Positions 25,747-38,730 are shown, counted from the whole stretch's first letter. The stretch is 60,084 nucleotides of DNA, filler included, from Asterionella formosa (GCA_002256025.1; 14 parts of 14 records of this genome joined end to end with filler, not necessarily neighbours in it); one strand, 5' to 3'. Notes: a model not told the origin generated them from the letters alone. Program-made: numbers and translations.

Positions 25747-26094
25747 NNNNNNNNNNNNNNNNNNNNNNNNNNNNNNNNNNNNNNNNNNNNTTAATTAATT
25801 AANNNNNNNNNNNNNNNNNNNNNNNNNNNNNNNNNNNNNNNNNNNNTGTACTTATGTGATCATTGACTGACACAATATTTTACTGAATTATGCGAAAAGT
25901 TCATCGATTTCTGGTAAGTGGAGCATGCTAAAATGGGACTGCAGTGTTGAGATATAAACAAAACATGGCTAACAAGCGAGTAATTCCTTCTCATTGTTGT
26001 TATGATGAGGAAATCAAAATAGATAAAACAGAATCGGATCAAAAGGAAATGGGATTTGCAGCATGTAGTCAGATGATTTTCAGAATCTGATTGG

Positions 26095-26268
26095 AAGGAA
26101 GGCAGGAGGCATGCATCAAGAGATTTGAAGGCAGGAGGCAATGCATCCTCAAGAGCATTGAAGGGAAGCGGGAGGCATGTATCCTTAAGAGCATTGAAGG
26201 GAGTTGGGGGAGGCATGCATCCTCACGAGCATTGAAGGGAGGCAGGAGGCATGCATCAAGAGCATTGA
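26095..26268. repeat. Minisatellite, ~5 units of 30-38 bp
   Basis: Repeating ggaggcatgcatc(ctc)aagagcattgaagg. Confidence 0.85.
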
Positions 26269-26692
26269 GACAAGAATAGAAAAGGGGAACATTGGCTGTT
26301 TAACCACACAAAATGTAGAAACATAAAAATGATTTCGTGATATAACAGTAAAATTACAATCCATTTCAATCTATTTTTAACAGCTATTTCGATAAGAGTT
26401 TCCATCATATAAGGCATGATAGGTATATGATAAAAGAATATACATCATAGGATAATGTTTTGATAATTATATGGTGGTTTGATTATTATGAGTAAGCTTA
26501 GTAGCCTGTTCACTTTCATAGTATGCATTTATCATACATATAATGAGATATATATCATGCACAGAAAAATTCTGTGCCAGTTATTGTATGATACCCCTGA
26601 TCTTATAAGTACGATATTTTTATTTGCAGACGTACAAAAAGGCATTGTCGTATTTTATGCCAAATCGACTCTCCACTTGAAATGGTGCTATA

Positions 26693-28523
26693 ATGCACAG
26701 CAGTGGCAATCCAACACGGTTTGTGCCTGTCGATAACCTCATCAAGGCAGTAAAAAAGAAGGAAGTGCGCAGACAAGGGAAACCATCACAAGCAAGGCGA
26801 CCCCTAGAATCCCAAGAGTTCTCCAGTACAATGCATATCCTTCATTCATTCAAGGACAGTATCCATCGGTATCAGTTGCCTGCACTGTGTGCCTTTCAAT
26901 TCCACATGGTCGGCCGAATTGACGATTGTGTGCAATTAACAAAAATAAACCTAACTGCAAATCTTCAATTTCCTTTCACTCTGATGGCCAAGCTGTGTTT
27001 GGACAAAAATCGCTAAAGAAATGAGGGAGGCACCAAACCAGGTACTCATTGCATCCATGTCGCAAGACTATTGCGTTCTCCTTGCCTTGGCCATTCATCT
27101 TGAGACAGAATGTATGGAACAAGGCGCATCACCCGAAAATCCATGAGTGATTTCGCTGCAAACCAACAATCCATCAAATGCTAAAAGAAAGGCCCATACA
27201 ATTCTGCGTGATGATGTATGGGAAAGTAGTGAGTTCAAACGAATGAACAATGGTTTGATTGGCACACGCAGCCTTCGGAAGTACCCATCAACACATGCAC
27301 GTCGAAATGGCTGCTCCTGGGATGATGTTGCCTTCTGTGGACGCTGGAAATGGCGCACAGAACAAGTTGACACTTACATTGATGTTGAGCTACCTTATCC
27401 AGACGCCAAGGTTGCGGCAGCCCTTTGTATTGGCGGCCCAGCCATGCAAGTAGTCTATGTTCTGAATGAAGAAAGCGGTGTGCCTGATGATTGGCTTCTG
27501 CAATATGTAGTGCCAAATATATGCATGAAGTTTCCACGTAATGTGGCACTAACGCTGGCACATCCACTCCTTTGGGTGGTTTTTGAGCCAAGTCTACTGG
27601 GTTCCTTACCAGGCAAGCTGACACAACGTATCCAGACGGCATACGCACTTGTACGTAATCTTCCACCAGGTACAAATCCTGTGGGGAAACGGGTAATTGT
27701 TGTGAATGGTGCAGAGGCGGAATTCTACATTGACGAGATCTGGGATCCAGATGAGTTTTCGAACAATGTGGGTGAAGAAGTCGCTGAAGTGTCAACAGGA
27801 GTAGCTGCAGTTTCAACAGTAAATAATGGAGGAGGAGGCGTACCGCATCAGCACCAAAAACAAGCCGTCAATGCATTTATTCAGAGGAACCGGAACAAGA
27901 ACGAATTCCTTGGGCTGTACTCACAGCAAAGGGAGATTCAACAAGAGGTGAAGGAGATTCAAAGCCAGATTTCCATCCTTACAAGCACCGTGACCAAAGG
28001 GATGGGCAAGATGCAGACAAGCTTGAAACGACTTTCCCGGATGTCGGCACAAATGCTCAGGGGCAGTGTTTCTAATTTTGCTTTTGGCATAACAAATGCC
28101 AACAACAACCCGAATTTCAAATGTCGAAAATGTTGTTGTCATAGGAACCAACAACAACAGAGCCAAGCAGGCAATGACGACAAACAAACGAATATGGCTT
28201 TGGATCCTGTTTACAATATTAGCCTTTCCAAGACACCAAAAACACTATTTGTTCTTTGGCAAGAATGGGAAGTTGGAATTACAGGACGAAAACCAGCAAG
28301 GATATTTACAAGGGCAGAGAGGGGGAGGACAAAATTTATCTATTTTCGACGCAAGGTTTTCTGGGATACAGTGGCAGGTCTTGTTTGAGCTGGGTACACT
28401 GCACATGCTGCAATTGACTGAATCTATGAGGCATATGGTCCAGAGAAGACTGTTAGTACTAAAATTCTCAACCAAATGTTGAAAGATCGCCGCAATGGTG
28501 GGCATCCACAACTACGTGTCTAA
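26693..28523 (+). mobile_element. Crypton DNA transposon: tyrosine recombinase with C-terminal GCR1_C-like domain, pseudogenised
   Basis: GNPTR...VGRIDD (catalytic R); frameshift near 27000 then APNQVLIASMSQDYCVLLALAIHLE; GTRSLRK (HxxR position degraded); GRWK; VDTY. C-terminal LWQEWEVGITGRKPA...RRKVFW; in-frame TGA stops at ~27144, 28386, 28419. Confidence 0.85.
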
Positions 28524-29129
28524 CTAGATTTACATCTTAACTATTAGGAAACTACTACATGCTTACATTCCATTCTCCTTTGATTTAGTACAATTTACAT
28601 TCTGAATTCATTTTCTTTTCGCATGCATGATATGATAGCATGCATAAACCGGTATATTGTGGCTTTTTACATACAGGCGATATTTGACATGTACTGCCAA
28701 GCCAAAAATGATCGAGACCCATACTCCAGTGCATGGTGCCTTGTACGTCATGCTAGTAGTAAACTACTACCGGTAGTGCACTAGCTTTCACTACGGCAAA
28801 AAATGGTAGTATTGGGGGTAGAATTAATTGTCAATACTGGCACAGTATCAATACCGCCCTATGTAGAGCACCATCAGCCAGTAGTGTCCCAGTATATGCA
28901 CAGTAGGACATCAGAAGCGTACGATAAGGCTATCTGTTGAAACCACAATGTTCTCAATACATCTCCATGTCCATGAAACAACGAATCCGATGAAGAAAGC
29001 ACACTGGGAGGGCATTGTTTATAAAACCGAATAATTACATTAAAGTGAGCCAGTTTCGCTGGTACCAAACACTCTATTTCTAGTCCTGATCTTCCTTGGT
29101 TCAACCGCAGTCCAGCCTTGTTCGTTACT

Positions 29130-30041
29130 TTCCATGTCAGCTTGCATGAATGCGCCAGGAATATCAACTGTGGCTACGTCTCGCTCTTCTAGCGCATCAA
29201 GCACACATGACAGCATGACTGATTCAATTGCAACAGTTGGAGGGCTATCTTCTTCCTTGGTTGTGTGCTGAAGTTGCTTCCGACCATCAGCACAGCCACG
29301 ACCCCTAATAGTTCCGTTCCTTTTTTGTTTCAGAAACATGAGGTATTGCAGGAGCGCCTCCCTGCGCTGTTCATGTGACAAAATTTTTGTAGGTTTGAGT
29401 ACTCCATGTTCATGTAATTGGTTCAATTCCTTAAGCACAGCCTCCACACCGGCCTCACCGAATACTTGTAGCACTTTCTTTACGTTGTGTTGGGTCATGA
29501 CAATGCCTTCCAATGTGGCATGCAGGTGACTATAGTTGCAAGGCTTGCGAGCCCATAGATCGCATTGGTGCTGTTTATGGCCATTTGCGGCGTTCATTTG
29601 TTGAATCCTTATTTCGATACTAGTGGTTTCCTCGTCGACTTCTTCTTCATCATTGGGTTTGGCAGTGTTTTCGTTTAGTCTGTTGACTGGTTCGGTGGCT
29701 TCGGGATTGTCCATCCTTTCATGTGGTTCATTTTCGATGATATCAGGGTTGTATTCGTCTCCACCTTCTACATCGCTATTGTCATCTCTTGGTTAATTAT
29801 TCACTTCTGGTTCGGTGGTGGCTTCGGGATTGTCTTCGTCGTTCCCTTCATGCCCTTCATGTGGTTCATTTTCGATGATATCAGGGTTGTACTCGTCTCC
29901 ACCTTCTACATCGCTCGCTATTGTCATCTCTTGGTTCATCATTCAGTCCTACGATGTGAATGGGGGCGGTATCATCGTCGTCATTGTTGGCTGGATCAAA
30001 GGTGTCATCGTCATCATCGTCATGTATCTCATCTCCAATTG
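29130..30041 (-). mobile_element. Ty1/Copia (CoDi-like) fragment: acidic linker and RT N-terminus, truncated
   Basis: MTQHNVKKVLQVFGEAGVEAVLKELNQL...MFLKQKRNGTIRGRGCADGRKQ...PTVAIESV...VATVDIPGAFMQADM; ~140-bp internal tandem duplication at 29718-29945. Confidence 0.88.
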
Positions 30042-30142
30042 NNNNNNNNNNNNNNNNNNNNNNNNNNNNNNNNNNNNNNNNNNNNTTAATTAATTAANNN
30101 NNNNNNNNNNNNNNNNNNNNNNNNNNNNNNNNNNNNNNNNNA

Positions 30143-30405
30143 ATAACTACAGGGTACGCAATGAGCTACAAAATATGAAAGAATCAACAGAAACAACAAG
30201 AAACTCAAGGAGCTTGACGAATTGAATGGAATGCAACAACATGCATCATTCAGTTGTTGAAAAGCGCAATTGCCGATATCCTAGCATCAGAATCGGGTCT
30301 GTACTGGAAATTTGAGCTACACAACAACTCCAGCGTACTCAATGAGCTACAAACATTTGAAAGAATCAACAGAAATAACAAGAAACTCAAGGAGCTTGAC
30401 AAAAT
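30143..30405. repeat. Direct repeat, ~180-bp period
   Basis: caatgagctacaaa...gaaagaatcaacagaaa.aacaagaaactcaaggagcttgac occurs twice. Confidence 0.75.
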
Positions 30406-31123
30406 GGCTGGAAAAAGAAGCATTTTTCATTCAAGATGAGTCATGATGATCATGTCACCACATTTCATTTTAACCCAATCAGATCCTAAAGCAGCAGAAT
30501 ATTATCATAGTCTGCCATAAATACCACAAAAGATAAAGCAAACACATGGGAGGCAGATAGATGCCTCATTAAAAGATCAAACCAAGCCATCTGCCTTCTC
30601 CTCAGTCATCAAGATGGGCTGTGGGGACAGATTGACTCACCAGTGCCAAAATATGGCATTTACAGCGCACATAATTCCCCCTACTCTCATTCGAAAAAGT
30701 GTATCCGAACTTTCCCCGCCTTGCAGCGCCCAAAGTCACCACATTTGTTGGGTTGATACTGGGTAGGTTAAGAATTTTACATAAGCAACCTAGGCTGTCA
30801 ATCATGCCAAGAGGCGCCATGCGGGCTACCCTACTAACATTTGAGTAATTGGTATTGTTTAACAGAGAAGCAAGCAAAAATTTGTTCGACCTGCAGATTG
30901 CTTTGGTGTAGAGTGTTGCATACTGTCGTGAACTTGTCAAATCTGTTTGTACCATCGTCGTTTTGAACTGCGCATATCTGAAAGACATGAAGAAATGCGC
31001 CGTCAGTCACTTCAATCTTTGTTTTCAATAATATAAATGATAAAATGATTATCTGTTTTATAGCCCATTCCTTCTCCCCTTTTTCAAGGCAAGCATCATT
31101 GATTGTGCTGCTTGCCGACAAGA

Positions 31124-31400
31124 CCTGTGCTTCCCTAGTTTTGTTAGCGTGGTGCTAGCTGAGTCCCCAACTACCTTTTACGAAAGGTGATTGTCTTAGC
31201 AGCAGCGATAGGGGAAACTCTGACCGCCTAGGAAGGCGGCACAAGCTACTTGTATGGGGGCAAACACACTGTTTCTTGCACACCAGGCAAGACCGTGTGG
31301 GACAGTAAAGAATGTGGGAGTCGAACCCAACAATTGCTCCTGAAAACAATTGTGGGAATTAAACCGCACAACTTCAGATCAAAGGAAACGTGATCAATCA
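31124..31400 (-). mobile_element. Second putative tRNA-headed SINE family, copy 1 (copy 2 at 32054-32265)
   Basis: Two diverged ~210-bp copies share ttgcacaccaggcaagaccgtgtgggacag and tgtgcttccctagttt; minus-strand B-box GGTTCGACTCC at ~31317-31327. Confidence 0.55.
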
Positions 31401-32053
31401 TATCATATTACTGATGATACTACAATAACTCTTTTACAGTTGTATTGCCGATAAAATGATTAATGTATGCTCTTAACAGCAAATTACCATCCTTGCACAT
31501 AAGTGTTTCTAAATGCACAATCGCTTCAAGCGATGAGAATTTTTAGTCGCGTGAAGAATAAGAAGCATATTGTTGAATGTCAATATGTATGTCAGTATAA
31601 AAATGCAAAATGACCTTATCAAAGATTCCATAGAAAGACAATATGAGAACGACAAGTACTGTGTTGCTGCTACCAGTCCATTCAGAGGCATTATTGCTCA
31701 ATGCTTCAGCTGCACTATTGCTCGATTTTTGCTGGTGCTTCAATAAAAGCCTCGCTAGCTCTTTACTGAAACATGATCACAATTGAGGAGTTGGTAAGTT
31801 CATCTCATCTTTGGCAGCACCATCATCATTGTTACTGTTTATTGCTATTCGCACGAATGTCCTGTCGTCTTTCTTGAACTTGCGAGAGTAAGCAGAATTA
31901 ATGATTCTATGTGGAGGAGAAACGGCATTGGAGGTGACTTGATAGGGGGCATCGAACAGACAAGAAGAATAAGTTTTGAAACTATCTTATAACTTCGCTT
32001 TCTAAGACCACGGATTTACAGGTAGAATTTCATAGGACGGCCTACCACAAAGT

Positions 32054-32265
32054 CCGTGTGCTTCCCTAGTTTGCTTTGTTTGCTTACTAGTAGGTGAGAC
32101 CGCCCCAACCATCTTTCACAAAAAGGTGATTATCTTAGCCGCAGCGTTACTAGAGGAAACTGCGACCGTCTAGGAAGGCAGCACACTGATTGTAGGGCGG
32201 GGGCAACCCAATCTTCCTTGCACACCAGGCAAGACCGTGTGGGACAGCGAAGAGTGTGGGAGTCG
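32054..32265 (-). mobile_element. Second putative SINE family, copy 2 (5' truncated)
   Basis: Colinear with 31124-31325. Confidence 0.55.
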
Positions 32266-33620
32266 TGTTGTGATCATCGAAATCGTGTTCACCTTCTACT
32301 ACTGGTAATGATATTCAGCAACCACCGGAAGACGGTTTGCTTATACGGTTCACCAATCAGTAACTTCTAGTTATGGTCAGCAAATTATAGGCATAGTCAG
32401 AATTTTCTAATCATTGTCAGTAGATTTCTAGTCGTATGTAGTCACCAACTGGATCAGTAATTGTAAAGAAACGGGCCATTTTGAAAATGTCAATGGACTT
32501 TTAATCGATATTATTTATTTAGAGAATCAAACAAAATTTGGGTCGATTCGCAGATTATCGTGGTAGTGGAGAGTTTTGCTTTCTGTGAAAGTGTCAAATA
32601 TGTTCGTATCACCATCATTCTGAATTGAGCATCTAAACATTGCATGAAAAATGCGCCATTGTCGACTTCCCTTTTCGTTGTCAATATTCGTGTAATAAAT
32701 ATAGCTATTATACTTATATCAAATAGCAAATCGTCGTTTTCATTTTTCATGGAGATATTTGTTATTTTCGTCGTGGTCAAGGGGCTGAGACAACATGATG
32801 CAGTATTCTCCAGACGCTCACAATGACTATACTATAGTGTTTTTATATTGAAACAAATCGCAACATCTAGGCTAAATAATTATATTCTAGCGTCTACAAG
32901 GGCTACTTTGGGTACCCTGAGCACATCATATATCCCAGCCATAACAGGTTATATGTGACATGTATGACATAGTAAAGCAATATAGTGGTATCCCGGTAGG
33001 CTGTTGTATCAGGCGTGATAATGACTGTTGCCATCATGTATATAGATATTTCGTCATGTATGTTCATAGTATTGGCAATGCTACCATTAGTAAGGGTAGT
33101 GATTGTGTCTGTTCATGTATATACTTCATATGCATAAGAGTCATTCAGAAAATCTATTTTTATTCACAAATTCTAGTAATTATAAAAAAATTCTAGTTAT
33201 TGTCAGAGGTTCAATCGTTTTCACCAAATCCTAGTCACTGTCAGCAAATTCTAGTAATCATTGTCAGCAAGTTCAAAATGTAGAAAGAGATGATTACTTT
33301 TTGTATTCCGAATCTAGAAGACGATTTGCTGAACTGGTTGGTGATCAGTTAGCAAATGCAAGTCGAATTCAGAGACTGATTCTGCAAATCGTCATTGTTC
33401 AATAAGAGTAATGTTTTCCTAAATTTCTTAAGAAATATTTCCGTCGAAAGCTGGCCTAGCTATCTCCTTGTTCAGCAGGCATGGGAGGAAACATTGGGAA
33501 TTTCAGTGACAAGATATCGTATGCCAGCCAGAGAAAAATTGAGAGCATTCATAACTGTATTATCATATGAAACAAAATAACGGTTTTATATGATCAATAG
33601 GATTGCGATCAGGAGTTAAC

Positions 33621-33750
33621 TTCTGGATAAAAGTGGCAGTTATCCCTCATAGATTTTTTAGTATCCTTCATAGCCCCTTTTTATCGACTATTTTCGGGAT
33701 AGTTAGCCTAGTATGATTCCTTGAGGGATAACTGCCACTTCTCCCCAGAA
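33621..33750. repeat. Foldback with ~29-bp inverted arms
   Basis: ttctggataaaagtggcagttatccctca / tgagggataactgccacttctccccagaa. Confidence 0.8.
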
Positions 33751-34063
33751 ATGAGGTCCTTACCATATCTGAAGATAGAATACCCTTAAGTTGACCAATG
33801 GCTGTATCGAAGCATATGCAAAGTGGTGATATTGATGAAAGCTAATTTTACCTTGAACTATTTTTTTAGTTGTATGTAATTTCTGGATTGAGGTACATCA
33901 TGAAAGTATTTTGGGAAAATACAGACCTCGCAATTCGTAACTCCGAGGCCACAACCTCACAAAGCTAATGGAGAAGGTATCAGGGACAGAGCATATAAGA
34001 ACTGTTAAAAGGTCTTGTACTCCTTCCCGTCTGACAGGTATCTTCTTACATAGGTCTTACCTA

Positions 34064-34310
34064 AAAATTAAAAAATGTCAATTAAATTTTAAAGTAAATT
34101 AAAGCTATCCAATAATTGCACTCGGGCCTACCAAATAGATGGACACAATTAGTACCAGTTTTATTCATCCGTACGGTACAACAGGACCTGTCTTTTTGTC
34201 AGTCGCAAACCCCCAGAACCCTAGTAGGGACTACATGAAAAAGACAGGTGGAGAATGCAGGAATCGAACCCGCCACCACAGTGGGTATGCTAACCACTAA
34301 GCCGTTCCCC
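34064..34310 (-). mobile_element. tRNA-Ala-derived SINE, full length with 17-bp TSD
   Basis: Minus strand starts GGGGAACGGCTTAGTGGTTAGC (A box) ... GGTTCGATTCC (B box) TGCATTCTCCA, like the tRNA-Ala acceptor and T arm; ends in T-runs. Flanked by TACATAGGTCTTACCTA at 34047-63 and 34311-27. Confidence 0.9.
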
Positions 34311-34806
34311 TACATAGGTCTTACCTATTTATATACNNNNNNNNNNNNNNNNNNNNNNNNNNNNNNNNNNNNNNNNNNNNTTAATTAATTAANNNNNNNN
34401 NNNNNNNNNNNNNNNNNNNNNNNNNNNNNNNNNNNNGATATTGGATTGACTCGTCAGTCGTTGATTAGTTACTAAGGCAATACCGATAGACATCTGCCAG
34501 GGGGAGTACGGCACTGCCTAGTATGGATGGATGATGGATTATGTTGGCAAATATGAACAACGGGACGGTAGGAAGGTACTACGACCAGAAATGGCAACTA
34601 GTAACGCAACTGATTCGTTGACTGTGTACCGGTAAGATGAAAAGAGACAAATATGAAATAACAGTGATCATAATGTGACGAATATTTTTTATGTACCAGG
34701 GTACCACACCAACAGGTTTATTCCCCTGATGTCATAAAGGTATGAATAGTCTACCTACCGGTAGTCTAGTCTACCCGGTACCAGGGGTATGTACCGCTAT
34801 TACTAA

Positions 34807-35914
34807 AGCAATTCCCGCTCCAGCTATCGTCCTGCCATTCGGGTACTTCTAAGTAATTTTTAGGCTCTAAGTAATTTCTTAAGTAATTTTTATTTAAGGG
34901 CAATATGGGGCACATCGAATTTTTCGGCAATAAAATTGCCGATTTTAGCATGACAACCAGAATAACGGTAATATGCATAGAGATGGTACCTGGTACAACA
35001 ACCGTAAAACACACGAGAATGATTGTAACATGCAACATCAATGAAAATTGAACATGATGTTTGGAGCAACCAAAGTATGAAATGCGATGTAATAAGTAGC
35101 ATCAAATGTGAAATAGAAAAAATTGTTTTGGGTTAGAAATGAAATAAAAAATAAGAGTTCCAATGGAGATGTAGCTATGCATTGTGAATCATTGTAGTAC
35201 TTACACAGGCAGCATTGACTTTCCATCACCATACAATCGAAGACCGAAAGAAGAAGAAAAAAGCTCAACCCAATGTAGACCTGCATCGTTGTTTAGCGTC
35301 AATGGTCTGGTTGCTGCAACCATGCGCATCGCTGTAGTAGCCTGACACCAGTAGCAGTATTTCCGCCACAGTCATTCCTCTCCGCCCACCAAACAGGCAA
35401 TCCTGATCATTCCATTCTGAGCAAGCATGATCGCCACACTGCTCCAGCACTATTGACTCTCTCTAGCTGAGTATTCGTCATGTAGCTTCTGATACGAACT
35501 CGCAGTAGAAATGTAGCAAAGCGCGTTAGTACAAGAAAAGCATTGCTTGGCAGCAATATTGACATCATTGTCAATGACTATACAAATCAACAATGGCACA
35601 TTGAGTATAATCGCCAGGCTGCTTCAGCACTATCGACTCCCTCTAGCTGAATATACGTAGCTTCTGAATGTAGCAAAGCGCGTTAGTACAAGAAAAGCAT
35701 TGCTTGGCGACAATATTGACATCATTGTCAATGACTATACAAATCAACAACGACACAATACCACATCTTCAATGAGTAGTCATTGATAAATGCATTGGTT
35801 CTTATGTAGATATGTACAATCGAAACAAAACGACAGTGCGTAACGACAAACAACGATGGAAGCGATCAAAACAAACCAAGGAAGCAATCAAATCGGAAAG
35901 TCGATAAATACGAT
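34807..35914 (+). repeat. Long non-coding dispersed element (starts AGCAATTCCC), copy interrupted by a Copia LTR
   Basis: Matches 52369 onward, 54487-55097 and reverse 44467-45989; internal ~170-bp tandem duplication at ~35445-35760. Confidence 0.9.
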
Positions 35915-36335
35915 TGAGGGAAACCACCAAATATCAAATACAAATAAACGTAGTTTAATAACCAATAAGACAGGATCAATATCGAACGAATCTATTTTTG
36001 TTATATGAGATAGTATCGTCATTTTCCACAAAAGGCAACTCATCAACCATCAGTTGGATCGCGCACAAAACGGCAACAAGAGAAGACCGGGAACATTCGA
36101 ATATACATGAATGACACCTATAACATCGCCCATACCACCTCTCAAATCGATACTGATATCGCCACCAAACATTGTCAAGGAGGACCCAGCAGCTTTGATG
36201 GAAACGGCATCGGCATCTGAAGTAAGCTACAAATCGAATCCAACAACAACCGAAAACAAACCCGGAAACCCATCAGACACTTTCATACTGGGATCGTACG
36301 ACTATTCACCCGTAGGAACTTCGAATATTCTCACA
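35915..36335 (-). mobile_element. 3' LTR (421 bp) of Copia element
   Basis: Minus strand TGTGAG...CCCTCA follows PPT AATAAGGGAG (36336-45); its outer end coincides with the break in the host repeat. Confidence 0.8.
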
Positions 36336-36379
36336 CTCCCTTATTCGAGCAGACAACATGCGCAACATACACGTGCAGG

Positions 36380-38630
36380 TCACCAGCACTGCAACGATTT
36401 GCGATGACGAAGAAAAGTCATTAGGGGGAGTGGCTTGGTGAACATATCAGCCACCTGATCCTCCGTGTCGACATGCTCAATGCGGATAAGTTTGCGCCGG
36501 ACATGATCACGAAAGTGATGGTACTTGATATTGATATGCTTGGTACGTGGGCGCATTTTCGGCGTACAAGCCAATTCGAGCGCCCCAGAATTATCTTCAA
36601 ACAGGGTACACCGAACTGCAGGCACAGCAAGCACAGCAGGATCAAGTTTCTGCTGAATCTCCGTCAACAGACGCATCAGTGGGATTGCGTCACGCAGCGA
36701 TTGGCGAAGACACACATACTCTGCCTCAGTGGTGGACATAGCAACTTCTGTCTGTAGCTTGGAGGCCCACATGATCGGACAGGATGTTATGTGATTGCAT
36801 ACCCAGACCGTGATTTCGCCGTCATCGAATCACTAACACTTGTTTCTTTATTCCAATTGCCACAGAAATCGGCGTCTGCCCAAACAACAAATGAATGATC
36901 ATCCGGAAGCAGGATTATTCCCTGATCGGCAGTGCCAATCAAATATCGGACAATGTTCCGCACAGCCACAGCGTGGGAGGCCTTGGGATTAGCGGAGAAT
37001 CGAGCGCATTGATGAACCGCATATGCAATATCCGGTCGAGTGGACTTTTCCAAGAAATTGAGCTTCCCAATAATGGATCGATGTCTCGCTGCAGAATGAC
37101 CGTAGAGGATGGGGGAACTCCCTTGGATTTCGTGGTATTCATAAAGCCAATGTCACTGGCAATGGCCGCTATGAGGTGGGGTTGTGTAAGGGAAATTGAG
37201 TTCGAATCAGCAGACGGCGTCACCTTGATCCCTAAGTAGTCGGAGATATTCCCTTCATCTGTCAGGTTAAAACTAGCCCGCATGAGCTTGATGCATTCGT
37301 CAATCAGTCGAGCTTCTGGACTGATAAAAATCCCATCATCCACATACACCATGAATATAGTAACTCCTTTATAGAACACACACTCATCTGCGTCACTCTG
37401 TATAAATCCAATAGCCAGCAAACCTCTTTTCAAATGCTGCGACCAAGTTCTCCCAGCTTGCTTTTGTCCGTAAATGTTCTTCAGGATCTTGAGACAGTGG
37501 TCCGTTCGACCTCCCTCCGGCATCTCAAACCCATGTGGAATTTCCATGTACAAATCACACTCCACATCCGCTTGTGGGTAGGCCAGAGTAAAATCAATCT
37601 GCCTAGTACTCCAGCCATGCATCAGTGACAGCACAAGCAGTAACCGGATAGGTGGCCAGGAAAGGGTGGCAGCATAGGTTTCCCAGTAATTAACTCTGTA
37701 CTCTTGTTTACCACCATGTAAGTTCAACCTGGCTTTCCACTTATAGACCTCCCTTGAGGCAATACGGCATTTCCTTTTCATTGCCCACACGCACAGGAGG
37801 ATCTTGGTCCCAAAAGGGACCGCTGACTTGGGCACCACCTTCCAGTGATGATTGTTATGATGGGCCATAACCTCAGCCTCCATAGCGGCTATAAACTGTT
37901 TCCTGTCTGGCTCCCTCAGAGCCTGGTCGGCGCGCAACGTGTCAGGGTCGGAGGTTTTGGCCACGAAAGCTATTGGATCATCCATCATGACTTGTAGTCG
38001 ATATTCCTCATCACCATCTATGTCCTCAAGCACCATAGAGGAGCATAGAAAACCCTGTTCCACGCTTTCTTGGAGTCGACGGGAAGGCTTGTGTCGCTGT
38101 GACCAATGCACTCCTGCCGCAGGAGGTGGGGAGTGGTCCGTCGGAAGAATTTGAGGACCATCTGTCTGAGATTGGTGGGGAAAGGGCCCAACCTGGGGTA
38201 CTACCACCGGAGCAATAGCGGAGTGGTGGTGGGGTATCGCATTCTCTTCCGGACCACCAACTGGGGGCAATAGGTCCGGGATCCTCGTCACCCCCTCCAT
38301 CACTCTATCCACAATAGTAGGGGGTAGGGTTGACTCGCGCCTGACTTGGCTACTGGAAAAATGAGTGGCCGAGAGCCATCCAGTCTCATAGGAGTCATCC
38401 CCTTTTCCAACGGTTTCGAACATGTCATCAAATGCCACATGAAATTGGGGGGAAACCAGACCAGTCTTAATGTTTAATACTAGGGCCACAGACCTCGCAT
38501 GCTGGGGGGATTGTCCCAGGTACACTCCCACCCTTGCTCTCTTGTACCACTTAGGTATGCTCTGACCTGCCGCCAGCTGATTAGATAGGGCGTACACGGG
38601 GCACCCAAAGGGGCGAAAGGACCCAATCTT
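36380..38630 (-). mobile_element. Ty1/Copia pol fragment (integrase tail, RT, RNase H), frameshifted
   Basis: GLVSPQFHVAFDD, YKWKARL, QIDFTLAYPQAD, IYGQKQAGRTW, YVDDGIF, STRPDIAYAVHQCARF, DADFCG, EAEY, EDNSGA, KHINIKYHHFR, ADMFTKPL. Confidence 0.95.
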
Positions 38631-38730
38631 NNNNNNNNNNNNNNNNNNNNNNNNNNNNNNNNNNNNNNNNNNNNTTAATTAATTAANNNNNNNNNNNNNN
38701 NNNNNNNNNNNNNNNNNNNNNNNNNNNNNN

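Noticed and set aside
26095..26268. Repeat array next to a recombinase, CRISPR-like at first glance
   Set aside because: Units abut with no unique spacers, and there are no cas genes; it is a minisatellite.
34248..34310. tRNA-Ala gene
   Set aside because: Anticodon arm is missing and it heads a TSD-flanked repeat, so SINE rather than tRNA.
34766..35105. Recurrent small ORFs (…KNYLEVPEWQDDS) here and at 45782, 52367 and 54485
   Set aside because: Frames differ between copies of the non-coding repeat and mostly start at non-ATG codons; no sign of coding constraint.
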